DNA of 64,000 nt from a virus (taxonomy: Duplodnaviria > Caudoviricetes): positions 38,923 to 102,922 of the IMG/VR virus record IMGVR_UViG_3300001525_000313, one strand, 5' to 3'. Positions within the stretch are counted from its first letter, which is position 1. Every line of letters starts with the position of its first letter. The position numbers and the translations under genes were made by a program. Shown here piece by piece: positions 41,201 through 48,359 of this stretch. The notes below the pieces were generated by a model. That model was given only the letters and a program-made list of their open reading frames with translations, did not search any database and was not told the origin of the DNA.

Positions 41201-42598
41201 ACTATCAGCTGTTGATTTTGTATAAGAATCTGTCTTAATACTATTAAGATAATTCCAAGTATCAGAATTTCCACCTGTACCTTTAACTAAACGATATACA
41301 GTTGAAATGTCTCCAGCATCACCATCTACTAATACTAGTACTTTATCATTATTTAAAAGATTTGTGGTACTAAGCTGATTTAGAGCTGTTTTTGTAGCAA
41401 CAACATCAGCAAAATTATATGCAGCTTTTAAAGCGTTAACATCATCTGATAAATCAGATAAAGTCTCTTCTAATTGCTGAGTGTTACCTGAAACTGATGA
41501 GCTAATACTAGAAATAGCTGAACGAATAGCATTAATTGTAGGTATCTTTGATAAATTAGAACTGCTAATCCAAGTTTCACTATTATATGTATTATATACA
41601 CCATCACCAGTATATTCACCAGATGATACTGATGGTGTGGTTAGCTGTTTATTATTACCTGAAATTGTTACAGAGTCTGTAAATGTTTTTTCACCTGTAA
41701 TAGTTTCAGGTGTATTTCCAGTTTTATGTACATATAATGTATTAAGTGCTTCCTGCATATCTGCAGATGTATCGATTGAAGCTAATCTGTCTGTAACATA
41801 TGATTCTACAGCAGCACCAGATACTAATTTATCTGTAGCTTCATCATTACCATCTAAAACAGAATTTGAATATAGTTGACTAATATAATTAGCAGTAACT
41901 ACTTGTGGTGTAGCAACTATATTGGTGTTCTGATCAAAAGATGGATTATCTGTAACAGCATTACCACCAATATAACCATCAGTAATATTTAAAAAGCTAT
42001 TACCATTGTTAGATGATTTATTTAATCTAACTGGATTAATTGGGCTATTATAATTTTCTACAAGATTTAACTGACTAGCAGTTAATACACCTGAATCCCA
42101 AGACACAAATTGACTTGTATCAACTAAATTATCTTGTATAAGTGCATCAGTGTCTTCAGCTGAATAAACTGTAATAGACTTATTATCTTCGTCTTCTTTT
42201 GCTAATCTAATTAAACCATCACGATTTTTAGTTGCATAAGGAATATTTATACTTATATTATAAAATGTACATGCTGCTGCACCAGGAAAACGTGCAGATA
42301 GTCTTACACGCAATGAATTTCCTTGTTCTTTAACTAAAGATAATTCAGGTGACTCAGCAACAATACCACCATTGATGTCCATTAATCGTATTTTACTGAT
42401 TGTATAGGCTTCATCACTGGTATCATTAAAATTTATAACAAGATAATTACCTAATTCAGAGTCATCTGATACTACAGCACCAATAAATTTGGTAATTATT
42501 TTTGTAGTACCTTCAATAACTAGTACTAATTTGTCTATTAATAATGGGTTAGATTCTGTTGCTGAACCTATACCATTTACTATATTAAAATCAATCAT
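38258..42598 (-). CDS. Long tail fibre protein C2
   Basis: YATKNRDGLIRLA, ETITGEKTFT, QSISGAKTFS; four NN(A/S)TLTIKK...T(F)TAN...LxTVATSGxYNDL repeats; C-terminal tip LSGVWACL; followed by a Tfa chaperone. Confidence 0.88.
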   Translation of the reverse strand: MIDFNIVNGIGSATESNPLLIDKLVLVIEGTTKIITKFIGAVVSDDSELGNYLVINFNDTSDEAYTISKIRLMDINGGIVAESPELSLVKEQGNSLRVRLSARFPGAAACTFYNISINIPYATKNRDGLIRLAKEDEDNKSITVYSAEDTDALIQDNLVDTSQFVSWDSGVLTASQLNLVENYNSPINPVRLNKSSNNGNSFLNITDGYIGGNAVTDNPSFDQNTNIVATPQVVTANYISQLYSNSVLDGNDEATDKLVSGAAVESYVTDRLASIDTSADMQEALNTLYVHKTGNTPETITGEKTFTDSVTISGNNKQLTTPSVSSGEYTGDGVYNTYNSETWISSSNLSKIPTINAIRSAISSISSSVSGNTQQLEETLSDLSDDVNALKAAYNFADVVATKTALNQLSTTNLLNNDKVLVLVDGDAGDISTVYRLVKGTGGNSDTWNYLNSIKTDSYTKSTADSTFIKTANLAQSISSSTNPNADVPSVGAITDYVADRESNYYNKSAVDGLIANVQSSNVNDATLTIKKNSSDVGDTFTANASQNKTIDLDLATVASTGDYGDLINRPKIPIVPTNISAFTNDAQYVTQNDIAGLTPGTSNYSFADDPNVPNWVKSSTKPTYTASEVGALPDNTTIPAQANNAKLTIKKNTNDAGTEFTADASTDVVCNLGLSTVATSGDYNDLSGAPTFKTINGEQITGSGNISVVASGSNVGQENVIEAISVNNINQAPVNKSVNITVPTTVAELTDASNYVQTSRTINSKALSSNVTLTLDDIADGTNRSIPTVNNSTITIKKNTNDTGDTFTTNNATTKTINLGLSTVATSGSYNDLSDKPTIPTVNNATLTISKGGTDNTGSTTFSANASSNVTINLGLHTVATSGSYNDLTNKPTIPTIPTNHVTTDTTQSISGAKTFSNSVTFDGTDSDIAVSDGAMSFTGTDITSGITYTYTSTIQQDGLRLNIQPSATPSSWTFNTPPMPVVSIGNSSSTSADFSTSLLTLNGDSSNKYVVKPSNPAGADLGALSNKFDSLYVKNIKATGTVLPVAYCSTDAGTYAKNATIYIGKDSQDNPIYASDYEYVDNSLILVHFANTNTSDSPKLYIYGDLHSNGQPYYRPIYFGADINTINAELALQNTVSLDPDNPDYENYLNTPGKSSFDSWHAGETVLMLCRYGRYYIVGKQYGAMSMGVDTTGANIANTRPSYLVPIDARRLNNVSSINTSLLANNNVPVGIGFYSRFYSANDQGPAQVADPTNQSIANATQGYLFGCGLGGVIANAIRGISSVDWMRKIDYNSTDSKYDPQTEVSNTINSSSGVGQVSLVLLKREPNTNSTDQNITYAQRPPYGFGNIIGYNRDTTKYTTSGSVLDCDSVYRLSTKDIQYNQSGTVGNNTVEINNLNYTFDQNSPLSGVWACLTPIPSIPDNDSDTYYYLILAVKVQSQVFSS
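39900..41035 (-). repeat. Four ~45-aa tail-fibre shaft repeats (coordinates approximate)
   Basis: VNDATLTIKK..., ANNAKLTIKK..., VNNSTITIKK... and VNNATLTISK..., each ending in L(A/S/H)TVA(T/S)(S/T)G(D/S)Y(N/G)DL. Confidence 0.75.
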
Positions 42599-42619
42599 AA
42601 TAGCCTCTACTTTGACAAA

Positions 42620-43471
42620 TTATAAATTATATTCATTTACTGAGTTACTTGTATTATTTGTAGCATTATCAGTGCTAGATTCTGAAATCTTTGATGCAAA
42701 TACAATAATGTCATTCAAATTCGTTGTATGTGAGATTTCAGATAAGATCTTCCATGAACCTGTAAGTGTATAATTTTCTGCTTTTGACACTGATAATTCG
42801 CCGGAATTCGGGAAAGACAAACATGCAGGCTTTAAGTTTGAGCCATCTACCACAGAACCGTATGATATTCTTGTTTCGCTTCCAACATATAAGAATAAGC
42901 CAACGGATCCAATGTCGTTTGTACCAACAGAAATTTCGCCATATACTGGTGGATCTAAATACCATCGCGTTGTAGCAACATCCCAATATGGAAGTTCTTC
43001 ATCTCGATTATACCAGCATATAGGAACACCATTTTTTGTGTAATATGTATGTGATGGTGTTCTTGTAATACCATGTAGATCATGTAATGATTGATACGAA
43101 GCTAATTCACCATTATAATTGTATAACACTTCATTTCGCTTTATGTATTTATCAAGGTGTAATTCTGTACTGATATAATATATTGTATCAGTTGTACTAG
43201 ATTTAAACCAATAATTCATGCTATCTTGAGAATACCAATGACCTGAACGATCTGGTCTTGGATCTACATTTTGATCTACATCTAAGACAAAGACATATTT
43301 ATTGCCAGTATCATTTTCAATCCAAGCTGTAAATTCTTGCAGAAAATTATTATATACAGATGTTACTGTTGATTTGGTAAAAGTTACACCGTAATGCTCA
43401 TGAAAATAATCATAATTTTCTTGCTCACCATTATAAAATATTCTTCTATTCTCTAAATCCATAGTACTCAT
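42620..43471 (-). CDS. Fibre-associated protein B2 (paralogue of 44444..45238)
   Basis: GITRTPSHTYYTKNGVPICWYN vs GITETPSRIHYIKDGIIKCWYN; both share the C-terminal IG..G.FLY.G...SYG...TG(S/T)W(K/R)I domain. Confidence 0.65.
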   Translation of the reverse strand: MSTMDLENRRIFYNGEQENYDYFHEHYGVTFTKSTVTSVYNNFLQEFTAWIENDTGNKYVFVLDVDQNVDPRPDRSGHWYSQDSMNYWFKSSTTDTIYYISTELHLDKYIKRNEVLYNYNGELASYQSLHDLHGITRTPSHTYYTKNGVPICWYNRDEELPYWDVATTRWYLDPPVYGEISVGTNDIGSVGLFLYVGSETRISYGSVVDGSNLKPACLSFPNSGELSVSKAENYTLTGSWKILSEISHTTNLNDIIVFASKISESSTDNATNNTSNSVNEYNL

Positions 43472-43561
43472 AGTGTAACCTATAAAAATGATAATTTATT
43501 AGCATAATAGTTTGTGCACTAATTAAAAGTATTGATATGTTTATGACCTGTTATAAATAAA

Positions 43562-43593
43562 ATAAAGCTAATACCAATTGGTATTAGCTTTAT
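43562..43593. terminator. 32-bp perfect palindrome after fibre chaperone D1
   Basis: ATAAAGCTAATACCAA|TTGGTATTAGCTTTAT; homologous to 37759..37784. Confidence 0.7.
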
Positions 43594-43612
43594 ATAAACT
43601 TTAAAGTTTAGC

Positions 43613-44065
43613 CTATGAAGGTATTTCAACAATTATCTTGTCTTTTATACAATCTGGAACTATTGGCCAAACTACATTTTCCGGAAAACCAGGTTGTTGT
43701 GAAATATCACGTAATAACTGTCTAAACTTTCTTATTTCATCTTTTTGTGCTTCTGATAATGGATAATCTGGCTGAATAAGATAATCAGTAGTGCTCAAAA
43801 TAGAATCTCGTTTATAACGAACTTCAGAAGCAAATACAAAATCAGGAAGTTTATCAGGTTCTTGAATTGTAATATGACCAAGCTCAATTTCTGAAATTAG
43901 ATATTGACATAATGTTGCAGTATCTCTGTCATCTAATGAAACAAAATAAGTGAAAGGCTCTGCTCCATTAAGTTCCTCGCAAATTATATTTACAGAAATC
44001 TGATTCTTTTTATTGTTTAAATACTTAGCACTTAGTATTTTAACTTCAATAATAACCTCCAGCAA
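43613..44065 (-). CDS. Tail fibre assembly chaperone (Tfa-like) D1
   Basis: VRYKRDSILSTTDYLIQPDYP...FRQLLRDISQQPGFPENVVWP. No ATG is present; GGAGG (44056-44060) precedes an in-frame ATT at 44050. Confidence 0.8.
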   Translation of the reverse strand: MLEVIIEVKILSAKYLNNKKNQISVNIICEELNGAEPFTYFVSLDDRDTATLCQYLISEIELGHITIQEPDKLPDFVFASEVRYKRDSILSTTDYLIQPDYPLSEAQKDEIRKFRQLLRDISQQPGFPENVVWPIVPDCIKDKIIVEIPS

Positions 44066-44067
44066 AT

Positions 44068-44422
44068 CTATGCAGTTCTAATTGCAAGTAATACATACCA
44101 TTGATTTGTATCTCCATAAATAACAAGGCGTGAAAGAGTTCTAAATGTTCCTGAAACAGAGCTTCCAATCATATTTCTAAGGTTTGCTGAAGTAGATGAG
44201 GTAGGTGTTGTAATTGAAGTTATACAGTTTGGTAAAGCATAATATATAGTATTCACATTACAACCTGTTTTAGATTGTAATATATCACCACGTGCAAACG
44301 TTACTGATGAACTACCGGTGGCTGCTATTGCTGCTGCCACCTTTATATAATGCAATACTGTCTATTAAAACTGAAGATTGTTGATCAAACCAAGATGTAT
44401 CTTGTACAGTAAACTTTAACAT
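44068..44422 (-). pseudogene. Collapsed / frameshifted tail fibre gene C1 (fibre-like N-terminus joined out of frame to a fibre tip)
   Basis: GAGGTG followed by the ATG at 44422 gives MLKFTVQDTSWFDQQSSVLIDSIALYKGGSSNSSHR* (stop at 44312). The +1 frame encodes ...VSGTFRTLSRLVIYGDTNQWYVLLAIRTA, which resembles the C2 tip. It occupies the fibre slot between B1 and Tfa D1. Confidence 0.6.
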
Positions 44423-44443
44423 ATTCACACCTCTATAAATATA

Positions 44444-45238
44444 TTATAAATCGTATTGAATTGAAGTAATATTACTATTTAAGTTCATATTATCACTATC
44501 AGAATTTGTAATCAATGAATTATCATCTGAAACCTTCTTTGCAAGTACAATTGATTCTGATTTTACTACATCAGACATAATTCGCCATGTACCTGTAATA
44601 GTATGTGCATTAATTCTAGTGTAATTTAATTCACCAGATGATGGGAATGCGACAGTTATTGGTTGTAACAATGATCCTGCAACAAATGTACCATAGCTTG
44701 GTGTGTCATTGCCCATGTATAAGAACATACCAGTTGCACCGATCTGATTAATATTGCCAACACCAGTTGTATCATCTGAATATGTTGGTGCTATTTCTAG
44801 CCACTGTTTAGTATCTACATCCCAAAAAAGATTTATATCTTGATTATACCAACATTTTATAATACCATCTTTTATATAATGTATTCTTGATGGTGTCTCA
44901 GTAATACCGTAGTTCTGATGAAAATAATTATATGTATTTAATTGATCATCATAAACTGCTAATACATTATCTCGTAAACCATATTGATCTAATGATACTA
45001 ACTGATCAATTAAATATATGTCAAGTGAATCATCAAGTTTTTTATAATATGGTAACTCATTTATAGGGTACCAATGATTGTCCTGTACAATCCACACATT
45101 TGATTCATATTCCCAACCAGGATATTCAGTTAGGTTTAAATCATAAAATGTACATGGATTTGCTGGTTGTGCTGTTATTCCAAAATTTTCATATAATTCA
45201 TTATATGAATACCAATTATTATTATAATAGTATAACAT
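44444..45238 (-). CDS. Fibre-associated protein B1
   Basis: Two aromatic Y..(L/F)(Y/H)..(F/Y)GIT repeats plus a tip-like C-terminal domain (IGATGMFLYMG...ITGTWRIMS). Confidence 0.65.
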   Translation of the reverse strand: MLYYYNNNWYSYNELYENFGITAQPANPCTFYDLNLTEYPGWEYESNVWIVQDNHWYPINELPYYKKLDDSLDIYLIDQLVSLDQYGLRDNVLAVYDDQLNTYNYFHQNYGITETPSRIHYIKDGIIKCWYNQDINLFWDVDTKQWLEIAPTYSDDTTGVGNINQIGATGMFLYMGNDTPSYGTFVAGSLLQPITVAFPSSGELNYTRINAHTITGTWRIMSDVVKSESIVLAKKVSDDNSLITNSDSDNMNLNSNITSIQYDL

Positions 45239-45255
45239 TAGTAATGTTCCATTAT

Positions 45256-47112
45256 TTAATCAGTTAAATCAATGTCATATACAAGATTAAGTTTATCTGT
45301 ACAAAGATATAGACTTGAAACACCATCGACAAACTGGAATCCAAGATCTGTTATCTCACTACGTGACATCCAATAATCAGTAACACCAGGAATACAATAT
45401 TCATCTGAATATGTATCAACGTAGCACTCAATTGGTGAATCACTTATTAAGTTATTAAATACTTGTGCTTGTTTGCGAATAATGCCATAGTTTGGTACAG
45501 CATAAAAATCTGTATAATACCAATAATGTTCATAGCATATTAATGATAATTGCTCTGTACATAAATATAGATGTGAAATATCACTATCATCATTATACAT
45601 TATAATTTGAAGCTCTGGATTATCATTAACGTCTATATATGTATGTTCAAGTGAATCATACATTATAGCAAAACCAGCTTCAGGCAATTTGCTTTGCCAT
45701 TTATTTATATTATTTACACCATTCCAGTATAGCTTAGTTTTTGAGTCATACCAAACAAGTGGTGTTCCATCAGTATCTAAAAGTGATCTGCCATATGGAT
45801 CAGTATATACAATTGTACATGGATAGGTAGTAATCCCACTATTATACAATTCAGATAATGGAATAAATCCACGGTTAAACTTTGTCAACTGATCTAATGT
45901 ACGATTGTTATAAATATATTTTAATGAATCATTATCTGTCTTAGTATAGTCTTGAATATCATTAGCAATGATAGACTCATTAATATATAATGAAATCAAA
46001 CTATCTTTTAAAAATAAATCACCTTCAAGACTTTGTTTCCATTGCTTTGGTAACCAATCTTCTGACCAATAACCATATTCAGATGCTTTATTATAACGTA
46101 AAGTATATGAACTTGGTTCTAATTCAAGTACATCAAAGTATATTTCACGTATTTCTGATGGTGTTTTAGTATAACCAAAATTTACAATAGGAACAGCTAC
46201 ATTACCATCCCACAATAATGATTTATCAGCATTAAACACATATATACTAATAAGACGTGATAAATCATAATATAATGTAAGTGTATAACCATCAGGTGCT
46301 ACTGTTATTGAAGATTCATCAAAGTTCCATAATTTATTTGGTTGAATGCCTTTATATTTAAAAAGTAGCTTTTTATCGTGATCTATACACTTTATAGGAT
46401 GATTGTATCTATGGTTGAATGTTAAATATGCAGTTGAAACTAAACTGATATATTGACCTGTATACCACATTGATGGATCAAGTCGCCAAATTATATCATC
46501 TGAATAGCCCAAACATTTACAGCCATATAGTACACCTAATGCATATGAATACATTGCTTTATAGTCAATGTATTTATAAGTTTGACTTTTTTGTCCAGCT
46601 GTACTAAAAATTTCAGATAGTGTTGAATAAATTTTATTAAAATCAAGTCTAGCTTCATCAGATAATGCTACATTATATTGTCTAGCATCATGAAATACAA
46701 TTGGTACAATTCTATTATCAGATTTACCGGTAATCTGATCCATAAAAATTTTCATGCCGGCACAATAAAATTCTATATAATCTTCGTGTACTAAAGTATC
46801 ACCAGTTATTTTCAAGTAATTAACAATTTTATCATAAATTTCTTGATCATTAATTCTATCTTTATATATAATTATTTCTCTTAGTTTTGTAGTATCAATA
46901 ACAGATTTAGTCACTGGATCACTAGTCTCTGGATCAATCTGTTGTTTACCAGTTTCAGGATCTATAACCGGAATATCTCTATAATAGTCTTCCTGTGGTG
47001 TTACTACAGCTTCAAGACCAAGAATGAATAACATTGTTGGATCACATAATTTTGATATACGAAGTACTTCATCATAGTACTCAATACATCCTAAAGATGA
47101 TTTATAAAACAT
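45256..47112 (-). CDS. Tail-fibre-module protein A1 (paralogue of 34524..37697)
   Basis: Shared blocks listed under A2; GGAGGG RBS. Confidence 0.6.
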   Translation of the reverse strand: MFYKSSLGCIEYYDEVLRISKLCDPTMLFILGLEAVVTPQEDYYRDIPVIDPETGKQQIDPETSDPVTKSVIDTTKLREIIIYKDRINDQEIYDKIVNYLKITGDTLVHEDYIEFYCAGMKIFMDQITGKSDNRIVPIVFHDARQYNVALSDEARLDFNKIYSTLSEIFSTAGQKSQTYKYIDYKAMYSYALGVLYGCKCLGYSDDIIWRLDPSMWYTGQYISLVSTAYLTFNHRYNHPIKCIDHDKKLLFKYKGIQPNKLWNFDESSITVAPDGYTLTLYYDLSRLISIYVFNADKSLLWDGNVAVPIVNFGYTKTPSEIREIYFDVLELEPSSYTLRYNKASEYGYWSEDWLPKQWKQSLEGDLFLKDSLISLYINESIIANDIQDYTKTDNDSLKYIYNNRTLDQLTKFNRGFIPLSELYNSGITTYPCTIVYTDPYGRSLLDTDGTPLVWYDSKTKLYWNGVNNINKWQSKLPEAGFAIMYDSLEHTYIDVNDNPELQIIMYNDDSDISHLYLCTEQLSLICYEHYWYYTDFYAVPNYGIIRKQAQVFNNLISDSPIECYVDTYSDEYCIPGVTDYWMSRSEITDLGFQFVDGVSSLYLCTDKLNLVYDIDLTD

Positions 47113-47122
47113 GATCCCTCCA

Positions 47123-47989
47123 CTATGAACACATTAAAGAGAGAATCATATTGTTAACATATGATTCAACAGTAGCATTAATAGTTGAATTTAATTTCTT
47201 TGTTAAAGCTTTTACATCAGATGATAATAATACATTAAATCCATTTTGCTTTTGATCAATAAGTTTAAGTATATCTATAAGTGATTTACATTTACCAATA
47301 AATTTGCCATTTAATGACTTTGCAACTGGTTTCGATAAATCAGCTAGGATAGCACTTGGATCAACTTTATCATAAAATTTACTATCTGTAAATGTAGCAT
47401 CACTTAAATGATCACTATTCAAAAAGTCTGTATAATCTTTATATAGTTTATCACAAGCATCTTTAAAATTAGTAATAATTTCAATATCAAGCTCAGTTGG
47501 TGTATCACTAGTTGAATTGTCTTTTAAGCTTGGCTTTTCATTCTGATTTGACCTATCATCAGCAACCTGATCTTTAAACATTTGATGAATCTTTGCATAA
47601 TCAGATTTAATCTGATTTAATACAACTAATATATGTTTACAAGCCATGCCTTCTCTATTTGGATTTCGTTTATCAGGTGCTCGTAATTCTTTATCAATAC
47701 CGACCTGACTCTTCCATGTAATATATTTATATCCCTGAAATGAAAATGCTGGACAACTACACCGAATTTTTATATCACCATTTAAAGCTGATTTAAGTGA
47801 TTTTAATTTATTGCCTGATAATCCAAGTAATTGAATTGTAACAATATATTGTTTTTTCCTTGTACTTGAAGTCACAGTATATAAAATCTTGTTATCTTCA
47901 ACTTTGTATAATTTAGCAACTAAACCTTCACGAGTTGCTTTTTCTTTTGAACGATTATCAGATTTATTTATAATATCTATAGGTCTCAT
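47123..47989 (-). CDS. SWIM zinc-finger protein
   Basis: YTVTSS...YIVTIQ...IRCSCPAF...RAPDKRNP..GMACKHIL (CxC...CxH). The ATG at 47989 is preferred because the track start lies inside the palindrome. Confidence 0.75.
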   Translation of the reverse strand: MRPIDIINKSDNRSKEKATREGLVAKLYKVEDNKILYTVTSSTRKKQYIVTIQLLGLSGNKLKSLKSALNGDIKIRCSCPAFSFQGYKYITWKSQVGIDKELRAPDKRNPNREGMACKHILVVLNQIKSDYAKIHQMFKDQVADDRSNQNEKPSLKDNSTSDTPTELDIEIITNFKDACDKLYKDYTDFLNSDHLSDATFTDSKFYDKVDPSAILADLSKPVAKSLNGKFIGKCKSLIDILKLIDQKQNGFNVLLSSDVKALTKKLNSTINATVESYVNNMILSLMCS

Positions 47990-48058
47990 AAGTAGCTCAT
48001 ATATAAAATTATGTATGTATAACTTTAATAAAATTGATATGTTATACTTGATAAAATA

Positions 48059-48086
48059 AAATCCCAATACGATCGTATTGGGATTT
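48059..48086. terminator. 28-bp perfect palindrome
   Basis: AAATCCCAATACGA|TCGTATTGGGATTT; shares the CCCAATAC/GTATTGGG arms with 4727..4763. Confidence 0.65.
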
Positions 48087-48114
48087 ACTTATATAATATG
48101 AATGTACTTATGTA

Positions 48115-48333
48115 TTAAATTTCAATGTTCATACTGTAGCATAAATCTAAAAGCTGTTCTTCATTCATGCGAGATAAGCATTCATCAATAAGCCAGCCTT
48201 CGTTAATATGCCCATCAGCTAAACTAGCATAAATAATTTCACGTAAATCATGATCAGACTGCTCATTCTCATTTTTAATATGAAATGCTCGCTCTAGTCT
48301 TGCGATACGATTTTCTAAAATATCTTTTCTCAT
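48115..48333 (-). CDS. Small protein with a LENRIARLE / KNE motif (putative head-internal protein)
   Basis: MRKDILENRIARLERAFHIKNEN; directly downstream of the portal gene. Confidence 0.55.
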   Translation of the reverse strand: MRKDILENRIARLERAFHIKNENEQSDHDLREIIYASLADGHINEGWLIDECLSRMNEEQLLDLCYSMNIEI

Positions 48334-48359
48334 ATACTTACCTACAATCCTATATTTAA

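Noticed and set aside
34524-47112. Diversity-generating retroelement or invertase shufflon acting on the fibre tips
   Set aside because: No reverse transcriptase, recombinase, near-identical template/variable repeat pair or inverted cassette is visible, and the paralogues are highly diverged. A trans-acting element outside the window cannot be excluded.
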